Shown: positions 31,259 to 40,520 of the stretch, one piece after another | Numbering within the stretch: position 1 is the first letter of the stretch | Layout: every line of letters begins with the position of its first letter | Source: Achromobacter spanius | Lineage (GTDB): Bacteria > Pseudomonadota > Gammaproteobacteria > Burkholderiales > Burkholderiaceae_B | Direction: 5' to 3' | Length of the DNA: 64,000 nt | Assembly (NCBI RefSeq): GCF_003994415.1 | Contig: NZ_CP034689.1 | Coordinates: 5,733,280 to 5,797,279 of the forward strand | Made by a program: the position numbers and the translations under genes | Notes under the pieces: model-generated | Seen by the model: only the letters and a program-made list of their open reading frames with translations | Told to the model about the DNA's origin: nothing | The model's database searches: none

Positions 31259-32743
31259 ATGATCGAAATTTCCACCACGAGCATCGCAAGCGCTCTGATA
31301 GTCCTGTTTCCCCTGGTAGCACTCATCCTCGTTTCCCTGCGCCGCGTTGTGCCCACCAACATGGTGCACATCGTGCAATCCAGCAAACAGACCACGCCTT
31401 ACGGGCGCGGCAAGTTGGGCGGCAACACCTACTACCACTGGCCAAGCTGGGTGCCGATCTGGGGCGTGGCGGTATCCAAGTTCCCCGAAAGCAACTTCCA
31501 GGTCGACCTTAAGGATTACGCTGCCTATGACGCGGCGCGGCTGCCGTTCGAAGTCGACGTAACCGCGTTCTTCCGCATCGAAGACGCCTCGCTTGCCGCC
31601 CAGCGCGTGTCCACCTTTGATGTCCTGGTCGACCAGCTTCGCAACGTGGTCCAAGGGTCCGTGCGCAGCGTGCTGGCAACGAACAAGCTGGAAGACATCA
31701 TGCAGGCGCGAAGCACGCTTGCCGATGCTTTTACCGCGGCAGTCGACACCCAACTGGCCGAATGGGGCGTCAAGACCGTCAAGACCATCGAGTTCATGGA
31801 CATCCGCGACAGCGCGAACAATAAAGTGATAGACCAGATCATGGCTCGCGAAAAGGCGCGCATAGACCGCCAGAGCCGTGAAGAAGTGGCCGAACACAAT
31901 CGCGCGGCAACCGAAAAAGAAATCGCCATGAAGCGCGAAATCGACCTTCAACAGCAGAACGCTCGCCAACAGGTCGGCATGCGCAACGCGGAAACCGAAC
32001 GCGAGGTCGGCATCGCGGAAGAAAAGTCGCGCCAGGCGATTGCATTCGAATCCGTCAGCACGGCTCGAAAGGACATGGAGGTGCAGCGAGTGCGCGACGT
32101 ACAAACGGCCGAAATTTCGCGCGATGTTGCCGTCGTCAGGGCCGAAGAAAACCGGCAGATTGCCGTGGTCGCCGCCCACGCCGAAAAAGAAGCCCAAATT
32201 GCCAAGGCGGAAGGCGATCTGATCTCGGCCACCCGGGAAGCCGAGGGGGTAACGGCGCTTGGCGCCGCAAAAGCGTCAGCGGAGCAAGCCATGCAGGTGG
32301 CGCCCGTTGAAGCGCAAATCAAGCTGGCGAAAGAAATCGGGGGCAACGCCGGCTACCAGGAATACCTCATCCGCATCGAACAGGTACGGTCAGGCAAGGA
32401 TGTCGGCATGGAAATGGCCCGCGCCATGCAGCAAGCGGACTTGAAGGTCATCGCCAATTCGGGCGATATGCAAAACGGCGTCGCCTCACTGGGCGACATG
32501 TTCACCCCCGCTGGCGGCACACGCCTGACCGGCATGTTGGCCGCGCTGGCGCAAACACCGGAAGGCGCCGCACTGATTGAAAAGCTGGGCGTCCCGCTGG
32601 TAGCCGGCAAGGCGATCAAGGAAGTTTCCGATAGCGCCACACTAGGCGCCGTGGCAGCCGCTGCCATGTCCCACGAAGCAATCTTGACGCCCCCGCCTGC
32701 CGCGACGCCTACGGCCGAAGGAGCAATCTGGCGGCAGCGCTGA
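31259..32743 (+). CDS. SPFH/Band 7 domain protein (flotillin-like, YqiK family).
   Basis: 494 aa with an N-terminal transmembrane helix, an SPFH domain, and a long EA-rich coiled-coil repeat region (AEKEAQIAKAEGD...). Confidence 0.8.
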   Translation: MIEISTTSIASALIVLFPLVALILVSLRRVVPTNMVHIVQSSKQTTPYGRGKLGGNTYYHWPSWVPIWGVAVSKFPESNFQVDLKDYAAYDAARLPFEVDVTAFFRIEDASLAAQRVSTFDVLVDQLRNVVQGSVRSVLATNKLEDIMQARSTLADAFTAAVDTQLAEWGVKTVKTIEFMDIRDSANNKVIDQIMAREKARIDRQSREEVAEHNRAATEKEIAMKREIDLQQQNARQQVGMRNAETEREVGIAEEKSRQAIAFESVSTARKDMEVQRVRDVQTAEISRDVAVVRAEENRQIAVVAAHAEKEAQIAKAEGDLISATREAEGVTALGAAKASAEQAMQVAPVEAQIKLAKEIGGNAGYQEYLIRIEQVRSGKDVGMEMARAMQQADLKVIANSGDMQNGVASLGDMFTPAGGTRLTGMLAALAQTPEGAALIEKLGVPLVAGKAIKEVSDSATLGAVAAAAMSHEAILTPPPAATPTAEGAIWRQR

Positions 32744-32755
32744 TCTCTGCGCGGT

Positions 32756-33958
32756 TTACAGCGCCTTGCCGCAGGCCACGCCCGAGGCCCAGGCCCATTG
32801 GAAGTTGTAGCCGCCCAGCCAGCCGGTCACGTCGACCGCTTCGCCAATGAAGTACAGGCCGGGCGCGGTCTTGGCCTGCATGGATTTCTGATCCAGGCCA
32901 CGTGTGTCGACACCGCCACGCATCACTTCGGCCTTCTTGTAGCCGGCGGTGCCGCTGGGCACCAGCGTCCATTGATGGATGTCTTGCGCCAAGGCCCGCA
33001 GCGTCTTGTCCGGCGCGTCAGCCAAGCGCATCGCGGCAAGCCCGGGCTTGCCGCCCTGCTCCGCCAGATGCAGCCAACGATCCGCCAGCCGCTTGGGCCA
33101 CAGCCCAGCCAGCACGGTGTGCAATTGCTGCCGATTGCCCGACTTGGACGCCAGCAGTTCTTCGGCCAGGTCACGGCCCGGGGCCAGGTCAATGACGATG
33201 GGTTCACCTGGCTTCCAATAGCTGGATATCTGCAGGATGCCCGGCCCGGACAGGCCGCGATGGGTGAACAGCAGGTCTTCCAGGAATTCACCGCGCGTCT
33301 TGCCTTGCCCCGTGTGCAGGCCCACTTCCAGCGCCACGCCCGACAGTTCGGACAGCGCCTGCCATTGTGCGGGGTCAAAGGTCAGCGGCACCAGCGCGGG
33401 CCGGGGCTCGACCACCTTCAAGCCGAATTGGCGCGCAATCTTCAAGCCGAAATCGGTGGCACCCAATTGCGGGATCGCCATGCCGCCCGTGGCCACCACC
33501 AGCTTGGCCGCGCGGATCACGCCCTGGCTGGTGCGCAACTCGAAACCCTGCTCACCATGGCTGATCTCGGCCACGGAACACCCCATGCGCCACTGCACAT
33601 TGCCCGCGTCGCACTCGGCGCGCAGCATGTCGATGATGGATTCGCTGGAATCGTTGCAGAACAGCTGGCCACGATGCTTCTCGTGCCAGGCGATGTGGTG
33701 GCGCTTCATCAGCGCCAGAAAATCCTGCGGCGTGTAGGCCGACAGTGCCGAGCGGCAGAAATGCGGGTTATCGGACAAAAAGTTGGCGGGTCCGGTCCCG
33801 ATGTTGGTGAAGTTGCAGCGGCCGCCGCCCGAAATGCGGATTTTCTCGGCCAGGCGCTCGGCGTGGTCGACCAGCACCACGCGCAAGCCGCGTTGCCCGG
33901 CCACCGCTGCACACATCATGCCAGCGGCGCCGGCGCCGAGTACGGCTACATCAAACAT
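32756..33958 (-). CDS. NAD(P)/FAD-dependent oxidoreductase of the HI0933/YhiN (BaiN-like) flavoprotein family.
   Basis: Start at MFDVAVLGAGAAGMMCAA, a dinucleotide-binding motif. ISGGGRCNFTN is the HI0933 family signature. Confidence 0.85.
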   Translation of the reverse strand: MFDVAVLGAGAAGMMCAAVAGQRGLRVVLVDHAERLAEKIRISGGGRCNFTNIGTGPANFLSDNPHFCRSALSAYTPQDFLALMKRHHIAWHEKHRGQLFCNDSSESIIDMLRAECDAGNVQWRMGCSVAEISHGEQGFELRTSQGVIRAAKLVVATGGMAIPQLGATDFGLKIARQFGLKVVEPRPALVPLTFDPAQWQALSELSGVALEVGLHTGQGKTRGEFLEDLLFTHRGLSGPGILQISSYWKPGEPIVIDLAPGRDLAEELLASKSGNRQQLHTVLAGLWPKRLADRWLHLAEQGGKPGLAAMRLADAPDKTLRALAQDIHQWTLVPSGTAGYKKAEVMRGGVDTRGLDQKSMQAKTAPGLYFIGEAVDVTGWLGGYNFQWAWASGVACGKAL

Positions 33959-33981
33959 CAGGACTCCAGACCCGCCGGGTC

Positions 33982-36243
33982 TTATTCTTCGATCAGGCAA
34001 TCAACGTAGTAGCGCTTTTCGCCATCGGGACCCACTTCATCGGCCAGGCCGTGAATATAGGTTTCGAAGCCGGGGAAGCGTTCGTTGAATTCACGCGCGA
34101 ATTGCAGGTACTGCACGATGGTGCGGTTGAAGCGTTCGCCCGGAATCAACAGCGGAATGCCCGGGGGATACGGCGTCAGCAGCACACCCGTGACGCGGCC
34201 TTCCAGCTTGTCGATGTCGACACGCTCGACCTCGCGGTGCGCCATGCGCGCAAAGGCGTCCGACGGCTTCAATGCCGGCACCATGTCGCTCAGGTACATC
34301 TCGGTGGTCAGGCGGGCGACGTCGCGCGCGCGATAGGCTTCGTGGATTTCCTGGCAAAGATCGCGCAGGCCCATGCGCTCGTAGCGGCGATGCACGCGGC
34401 AGAAGTCCGGCAGGATGCGCCACAGCGGCTGGTTGCGGTCGTAGTCATCCTTGAACTGCTGCAAGGCGGTCAACAGCGTGTTCCAGCGGCCCTTGGTGAT
34501 GCCGATGGTGAACAGGATGAAGAACGAATACAGGCCGGTCTTTTCAACCACCACGCCGTGCTCGGTCAGGTACTTGGACACCAGCGCGGCCGGAATGCCG
34601 GTTTCGCCAAAGCTGCCCGACATGTCCAGCCCCGGCGTGATGACCGTGGCCTTGATCGGGTCCAGCATGTTGAAGCCTTCGGCCATTTCGCCGAAGCCGT
34701 GCCAGTGGTCGTTGGCTTCCAGGATCCATTCGTCGCGGTTGCCGATGCCTTCGGACACCAGGCGGTTCGGGCCCCAGACCTTGAACCACCAGTCGTTCTT
34801 GCCGAATTCCGATTCCACCTTGCGCATGGCGCGGCGGAAGTCCAGCGCTTCGCGGATGCTTTCCTCGACCAGCGCGGTGCCTCCGGGCGGTTCCATCATG
34901 GCGGCGGCCACGTCGCACGACGCGATGATCGCGTACTGCGGCGAGGTCGACGTGTGCATCAGGTACGCCTCGTTGAAGACGTTGCGGTCCAGTTTGCGGG
35001 TCTCGGATTCCTGCACGATGATCTGCGAGGCCTGCGAAATACCGGCCAGCAGCTTGTGCGTGGAGTGCGTGGCGAAGACCATCGCGTCCTGGCTGCGCGG
35101 GCGGTCCTGACCAATGGCGTGCATGTCCTGGTAGAACTCGTGGAAGGACGCGTGCGGCAGCCAGGCTTCGTCAAAGTGCAGCGTATCGACATAGCTGCCG
35201 AGCTGTTCCTTGATCATTTCCACGTTGTAGATGACGCCGTCGTACGTGCTTTGCGTCAGCGTCAGGATGCGCGGATTCTTGTTCACCGCTTCGCGCGCGA
35301 AGGGGTTGGCTTCGATCTTCTTGCGGATGTTGTCCGGGTGGAATTCTTCCAGCGGGATCGGCCCGATGATGCCCAGGTGGTTGCGCGTGGGGCGCAGGAA
35401 CACCGGGATCGCGCCCGTCATCGTGATGGCGTGCAGAATCGACTTGTGGCAGTTGCGGTCCACCACCACCACGTCGCCGGCCGCGACGTTGGCGTGCCAC
35501 ACGACCTTGTTGGACGTGGACGTGCCGTTGGTCACGAAGAAGCAATGGTCGGCATGGAAGATGCGCGCGGCGTTCAGTTCGGACTCGGCCACGGGGCCGG
35601 TGTGGTCCAGCAGTTGGCCCAGTTCGTCCACGGCGTTGCAGACGTCGGCGCGCAGCATGTTTTCACCGAAGAACTGGTGGAACATGCGGCCCACGGGGCT
35701 CTTCAGGAAGGCGACACCGCCCGAGTGGCCCGGGCAGTGCCAGGAATACGAACCGTCTTGCGCGTACTTGACCAGCTCGCGGAAGAACGGCGGGGGCAGC
35801 GAATCCACGTAGCTGCGCGCTTCGCGGATGATGTGGCGCGCCACGAATTCGGGGGTGTCCTCGAACATGTGGATGAAGCCGTGCAGCTCGCGCAGGATGT
35901 CGTTCGGAATGTGTTCCGACGTACGCGTTTCCCCATACAGGTAGATGGGGATGTCGGCGTTGCGGAAACGCAGTTCACCAATGAACATGCGCAGGTTCTT
36001 GATCGCGCTGGCCACGTCCTCGGGCGAGTCCACGTCGAACTCTTCATCGTCGATGGACAGGATGAAGGCGCTGGCGCGGCTTTGCTGTTGCGCAAACGAA
36101 CTCAGGTCGCCGTAACTGGTCACCCCGATCACCTCGACGCCCTCGGCCTCGATCGCTTCAGATAAGGCACGAATACCCAAACCGGACGCGTTCTCGGAAC
36201 GGTAGTCCTCGTCGATGATGAAAATGGGGAAGCGAAATTTCAT
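33982..36243 (-). CDS. Orn/Lys/Arg decarboxylase family protein (fold-type I PLP-dependent, large about 750-aa form with an N-terminal wing domain).
   Basis: 753 aa. The PLP-lysine region FATHSTHKLLAGISQASQI and the HxxGHSGG-like WHCPGHSGG are characteristic of SpeC/CadA/AdiA-type decarboxylases. Substrate specificity cannot be assigned from sequence alone. Confidence 0.85.
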   Translation of the reverse strand: MKFRFPIFIIDEDYRSENASGLGIRALSEAIEAEGVEVIGVTSYGDLSSFAQQQSRASAFILSIDDEEFDVDSPEDVASAIKNLRMFIGELRFRNADIPIYLYGETRTSEHIPNDILRELHGFIHMFEDTPEFVARHIIREARSYVDSLPPPFFRELVKYAQDGSYSWHCPGHSGGVAFLKSPVGRMFHQFFGENMLRADVCNAVDELGQLLDHTGPVAESELNAARIFHADHCFFVTNGTSTSNKVVWHANVAAGDVVVVDRNCHKSILHAITMTGAIPVFLRPTRNHLGIIGPIPLEEFHPDNIRKKIEANPFAREAVNKNPRILTLTQSTYDGVIYNVEMIKEQLGSYVDTLHFDEAWLPHASFHEFYQDMHAIGQDRPRSQDAMVFATHSTHKLLAGISQASQIIVQESETRKLDRNVFNEAYLMHTSTSPQYAIIASCDVAAAMMEPPGGTALVEESIREALDFRRAMRKVESEFGKNDWWFKVWGPNRLVSEGIGNRDEWILEANDHWHGFGEMAEGFNMLDPIKATVITPGLDMSGSFGETGIPAALVSKYLTEHGVVVEKTGLYSFFILFTIGITKGRWNTLLTALQQFKDDYDRNQPLWRILPDFCRVHRRYERMGLRDLCQEIHEAYRARDVARLTTEMYLSDMVPALKPSDAFARMAHREVERVDIDKLEGRVTGVLLTPYPPGIPLLIPGERFNRTIVQYLQFAREFNERFPGFETYIHGLADEVGPDGEKRYYVDCLIEE

Positions 36244-36482
36244 GCAGGCGCTCCTGGGGGCATGGCGGGTTCGGTCGCATAACGCGGCGCGAGTGTACTG
36301 CTAGTAAAAATCCGGCTGATGACAGACGGCGCGAGCCCCCGCCGACAGGCGGGAATGGCCGAATTGTAGGGCCGTTTTTCTTTCAGTCCTACGGGAAATC
36401 CCCAGATGGGCCGAACAGCCGTTGTCATCGCGCCAAAAGCGCTGGCTTTCGGCTCGGCGGCAACGGTTGCCGGGGAAAAAAC

Positions 36483-36935
36483 CTACCGGATGGTACGAGC
36501 TTCACCAGCCCGCAGGGCCGAGGTGAACAGCTCGAAATAGGCGGGGATGGACTCGGCGGCCCCGTCCCGGATGCGGCGCTCGACCTTGGCGATGGCGCCA
36601 AAACAGACTTCGGCCCCGGGGTCGCCGCAGACAAGCACGACCGGATCGTCGTCGTCGCAGACCTCATACAAGCCGCCGTGCGCGCGGCGACCCACCTCGT
36701 AAAGGTAGGCGGCGGCGCCGACGGTCTGCATGGGGGTCAGGGGCAGGCTGCCCAGGTGGGCGGCCTCTAGCGCGTCATCAAGCGCATGGACGCTGGACAG
36801 GGAGTAGTCCAGCACGACGCCGGTGGATTCGGCGACGTCTACAAAGTGTTGCGCGGCGTCCGCCACTCGCTCGACAAACGCATCCTGCACTTCGTCGAGA
36901 TTGGCGTCCTGGTTTATCTTGAGGAAACCGAACAT
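36483..36935 (-). CDS. Hypothetical acidic cytoplasmic protein, about 150 aa.
   Basis: An ORF with a good RBS (aaaggagcc) 8 nt before the ATG at 36935. No motif I recognise. Codon usage is consistent with the host. Confidence 0.5.
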   Translation of the reverse strand: MFGFLKINQDANLDEVQDAFVERVADAAQHFVDVAESTGVVLDYSLSSVHALDDALEAAHLGSLPLTPMQTVGAAAYLYEVGRRAHGGLYEVCDDDDPVVLVCGDPGAEVCFGAIAKVERRIRDGAAESIPAYFELFTSALRAGEARTIR

Positions 36936-37040
36936 CGTTGGCTCCTTTGTGAAAACCGCAAGCGGCAATAGCCCGATTATAGGCGGCGGCTTTGCCTATA
37001 CTGCCCCGCAAAGCCCGCCAACGTTTCCTATTCCCAACAC

Positions 37041-37568
37041 TTGACGCCCATGAACCCAACGCTAGTCAGACGCCTGACCACCCCGGATGCCCCGTCTTTA
37101 CGACGCCTGCGCCTGGATGCGCTGATTGAAACGCCCGAATCTTTCGGATCAAGTTACGAAGAGGAACACACGCTGACACTGGAAGATATCCAGGCGTGGA
37201 TAGCGCCGCAGAACGATGGCGCGATGTTCGGAGTATTCGACGATGAGTCGCTGGTGGGCATCGTGGGCGTGGGCCGCCAGCGCAAGTTGAAGATGCGCCA
37301 CAAGGCGCACATCTGGAGCATGTACGTGGCGCCCGCGCAGCGCGGCCGTGGCTTGGGCCGTTTGCTGATGCAAGCCGCCATTGCACACGCACGCACCATG
37401 CGTGGCATCCGCCAGGTGCAGTTGAGCGTCACCGCCAACAACGCGGCGGCAGCATCGCTGTATGCCAGCCTGGGATTCGAGGAATACGGCAAGGAGCGCG
37501 AATCCCTGTGCGTGAACGGCCAGTTGTACGACGAGACCTTGATGGCGCTGCCGCTCGACGGCAAGTAG
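37041..37568 (+). CDS. GNAT family N-acetyltransferase.
   Basis: The acetyl-CoA-binding motif QRGRGLGRLLMQAAIAHAR is present. 175 aa. An alternative start lies at 37050. Confidence 0.8.
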   Translation: MTPMNPTLVRRLTTPDAPSLRRLRLDALIETPESFGSSYEEEHTLTLEDIQAWIAPQNDGAMFGVFDDESLVGIVGVGRQRKLKMRHKAHIWSMYVAPAQRGRGLGRLLMQAAIAHARTMRGIRQVQLSVTANNAAAASLYASLGFEEYGKERESLCVNGQLYDETLMALPLDGK

Positions 37569-37620
37569 CCCGCTCGGCCCAGGGCGAGGGGTCAGGCGCC
37601 GTTAGATCCGACCGCCCCAG

Positions 37621-38919
37621 TCAGGCCGCCGAACCGCGCCGCCGCGCGCCATAGGCGCACACCTGATTGCGACCGCCATCCTTGGCTTTGTACAGCGCCT
37701 GGTCGGCCGCCTTGATCACCGCTTCGGGCGCGCGCAAGGCGTCGCCCCGCTCGGCCACGCCGATGCTGACGGTGACACGCATCGGTCGCGCATTGCGTCC
37801 ACCACGCGCACCGCGCCGACGCTGGCCGAGCTGGTCCGCCTTGGGCCGCGCCGGCTTATCCCGCAAACGCATCTGATACGCCTCGATGGCCCGTCTGACC
37901 GCTTCCAGATGCGGCATGCTTTCGGCCGCCGTCTTGCCGGGAAACACCAGCGTGAATTCTTCGCCGCCATAGCGATAGGCCTGGCCGCCGCCCGGCACGC
38001 GCCGCAATTGCGAGGCCACCATGCGCAGCACCTGATCGCCCACGTCGTGGCCATGGGTGTCGTTGAACGCCTTGAAATGGTCCACATCGGCCATCGCCAG
38101 CGTGTACACGCGGCCCATGCGCTGCAAGCGCTCGTTCAGCGCGCGCCGCCCCGGCAGGCCGGTCAGCTCGTCGCGAAAGGCCATGTGAAAACCTTCGTGC
38201 GCCAGCGAAATGCACAGCGCGGTGAGCGCCGCGGACGACATCAGGGCAAGTTCAATCGGGTGATGCTCGCCGCGCGGCAACACCCATGCCATGCACACGA
38301 AACCGAGCCACTGCCCCGCCTGCTGCGGACGCCCGTAACGCAACAGCAGCAAAGTCAGCGTCAGGCCGGTGCCCAGCAGCGCCACCAGCGCTTCGATCGG
38401 CACGCCCAGGCGCGCCAGCTTGCCTTGCACGGCCAGGGTGCCAAACACTTCCACCAGGCCGTCCTTGCCGATCAGAGCAATGCCGGCCACGCCGATGGCA
38501 ATCAGGCCAACACGCAAGGCCAGGTCCAGCAGCATGCTGGAACGTTCCGCCCACAGCGCGTTGATGGTGTAAGCCACCGCCCACCAGGCCAGCGCGGGCC
38601 CCAGCGCCCAGGGCGCTTCACGCGCCAGCGTTGGCCACATCACGGTGGCGGCCAGTACGCACAGCATCAGCGCCAGGGTTTGCGAGCGCTGGTACATCAG
38701 GCAGATCGCCGCGCCAATCAGCGCCATCACCCAGGGCACGAACGGCACGATCAATGTGAGCGCCGGCGGCCATTCCCGCCACAACAAGAGCGCAACCGCG
38801 GCGGCCACTGGCAGCGCGGGGTAAAACAACAGGGGCAGCCAGGGAATATGGGGGTAACGCACGGGGGTCGGGGCCTTGCTCAGCTTGCAGAGATGACGTC
38901 GCCAAATCGGCAAACACAC
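37621..38919 (-). CDS. Membrane-anchored diguanylate cyclase (GGDEF domain).
   Basis: The multi-transmembrane N-terminal half is followed by ELTGLPGRRAL...DVDHFKAFNDTHGHDVGD...YRYGGEEF (GGEEF active site). Confidence 0.85.
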   Translation of the reverse strand: MCLPIWRRHLCKLSKAPTPVRYPHIPWLPLLFYPALPVAAAVALLLWREWPPALTLIVPFVPWVMALIGAAICLMYQRSQTLALMLCVLAATVMWPTLAREAPWALGPALAWWAVAYTINALWAERSSMLLDLALRVGLIAIGVAGIALIGKDGLVEVFGTLAVQGKLARLGVPIEALVALLGTGLTLTLLLLRYGRPQQAGQWLGFVCMAWVLPRGEHHPIELALMSSAALTALCISLAHEGFHMAFRDELTGLPGRRALNERLQRMGRVYTLAMADVDHFKAFNDTHGHDVGDQVLRMVASQLRRVPGGGQAYRYGGEEFTLVFPGKTAAESMPHLEAVRRAIEAYQMRLRDKPARPKADQLGQRRRGARGGRNARPMRVTVSIGVAERGDALRAPEAVIKAADQALYKAKDGGRNQVCAYGARRRGSAA

Positions 38920-39028
38920 ATATTCTTTTTACGGTCGCGGGCGTGGGTTCTTTAGCGCATCCGACCCAACACCGCCGCCGATCCCTCCGCGTGATATGGT
39001 TTTCAACCGCCTGACTCCGGAACGCCCC

Positions 39029-39883
39029 ATGCAGCTTCTTATCAATATCGATGTGCCCGATCTCGAGCATGCGCTTGACTTCTATCAGCGCGCTTTCGGC
39101 CTGACGCTGCACCGACGACTGGGGCCGAAAGCGGCGGAAATGCTCGGCGCCAGCGCCCCCATCTACCTGCTTGAGAAAGCCGCGGGCACGCGCGCCACCA
39201 GCGCCGTGCCGCAATGGCGGGACTACGCGCGCCACTGGACACCCGTGCATCTGGACGTGGTGGTGCCGGACGTGGACCGCGCTGTTGATCAGGCCGTGGC
39301 CGCCGGAGCGCGTCTGGAAGACCCCGCGGCCACCCACGCGTGGGGCCGCATCGCACACCTTAGCGACCCTTACGGCCATGGCATTTGCATCCTGCAATTC
39401 CTGGGCCGGGGCTATGACGAACTGGCGGAAGACACCGACGTGCGGATCACGCCCGTCGCGGCGGCGGATTTCGATGCGCTGGCGGACATACGCGTCGCGG
39501 CCATGCGCGACAGCCTGGAACGGGTGGGCCGCTTTGACGCCGACCGGGCGCGCGCGCGGCTACGCGACAATTTCCACCCGGACTGCACCTGGTGGATTGA
39601 ACGGGGCGGACAACGGCTGGGGTTCTATGCCCTGCGGTCGGATGGCCAGGGTTTGCGGCTGGACCACCTGTATGTGGTGCCCGCCGCGCAGGGCCAGAGC
39701 CTGGGCGGCCGCGTCCTGCAAGGCATTCTGGCAGACGCCGACCGCCAAGGGTTGCCGGTCAGCGTGGGCGCGCTACGGGGTAGCGACGCCAACCGCTTCT
39801 ATCGTCGGCACGGCTTCGTTCAGGCTGGCGAGACCGAATGGGATATTGCATACCTGCGCCCGGTGGGCGGGCAAACGCGCTGA
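39029..39883 (+). CDS. Fusion protein: VOC (glyoxalase/bleomycin-resistance/dioxygenase fold) domain plus GNAT acetyltransferase domain.
   Basis: The N-terminal part MQLLINIDVPDLEHALDFYQRAFGL...HLDVVVPDVD is VOC-like. The C-terminal part DFDALADIRVAAMRD...GQSLGGRVLQGILADA is GNAT-like. The ORF could also start at the upstream ATG at 38996. Confidence 0.65.
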   Translation: MQLLINIDVPDLEHALDFYQRAFGLTLHRRLGPKAAEMLGASAPIYLLEKAAGTRATSAVPQWRDYARHWTPVHLDVVVPDVDRAVDQAVAAGARLEDPAATHAWGRIAHLSDPYGHGICILQFLGRGYDELAEDTDVRITPVAAADFDALADIRVAAMRDSLERVGRFDADRARARLRDNFHPDCTWWIERGGQRLGFYALRSDGQGLRLDHLYVVPAAQGQSLGGRVLQGILADADRQGLPVSVGALRGSDANRFYRRHGFVQAGETEWDIAYLRPVGGQTR

Positions 39884-39914
39884 AGAATCAGGCTTGATTC
39901 GTCAGCGCCGCCCA

Positions 39915-40478
39915 TCAGGTACGCGGCAAGGTTACGCCGCGCTGCCCCTGGTACTTGCCGCCACGATCCTTGTACGAGGTCTCGCAGACTTCGTCGCTTT
40001 CCAGGAACAGCATTTGCGCGCAGCCTTCGCCGGCGTAGATCTTGGCGGGCAGCGGCGTGGTGTTCGAGAATTCCAGCGTGACGTGGCCTTCCCATTCGGG
40101 TTCCAGCGGCGTCACGTTGACGATGATGCCGCAACGCGCGTAGGTGCTCTTGCCCAGGCAGATGGTCAGGACACTGCGCGGAATGCGGAAGTATTCCACC
40201 GTGCGGGCCAGGGCAAAGGAGTTCGGCGGGATGATGCAGACATCACCCTTGAAGTCCACGAATGAGCCCTCGTCGAAATTCTTGGGATCGACGATGGTGG
40301 AATTGATGTTGGTGAAGATCTTGAATTCGTCGGCGCAACGCACGTCGTAGCCGTAGCTGCTGGTGCCGTAGCTGACGATGCGCCCGCCATTGGCCGTGCG
40401 GACCTGGCCCGGTTCAAAGGGTTCGATCATGCCGGCGTCGGCCTGGCGGCGGATCCAGCGGTCGCTTTTGATGCTCAT
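39915..40478 (-). CDS. dcd: dCTP deaminase.
   Basis: 187 aa. It reads [11 protein letters not shown]...[18 protein letters not shown]...[18 protein letters not shown], canonical for Dcd. Confidence 0.93.
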   Translation of the reverse strand: MSIKSDRWIRRQADAGMIEPFEPGQVRTANGGRIVSYGTSSYGYDVRCADEFKIFTNINSTIVDPKNFDEGSFVDFKGDVCIIPPNSFALARTVEYFRIPRSVLTICLGKSTYARCGIIVNVTPLEPEWEGHVTLEFSNTTPLPAKIYAGEGCAQMLFLESDEVCETSYKDRGGKYQGQRGVTLPRT

Positions 40479-40520
40479 GGTGGCAATGGTGCTAAAGGGG
40501 TGAAGTGGGGGCCATTTTAC

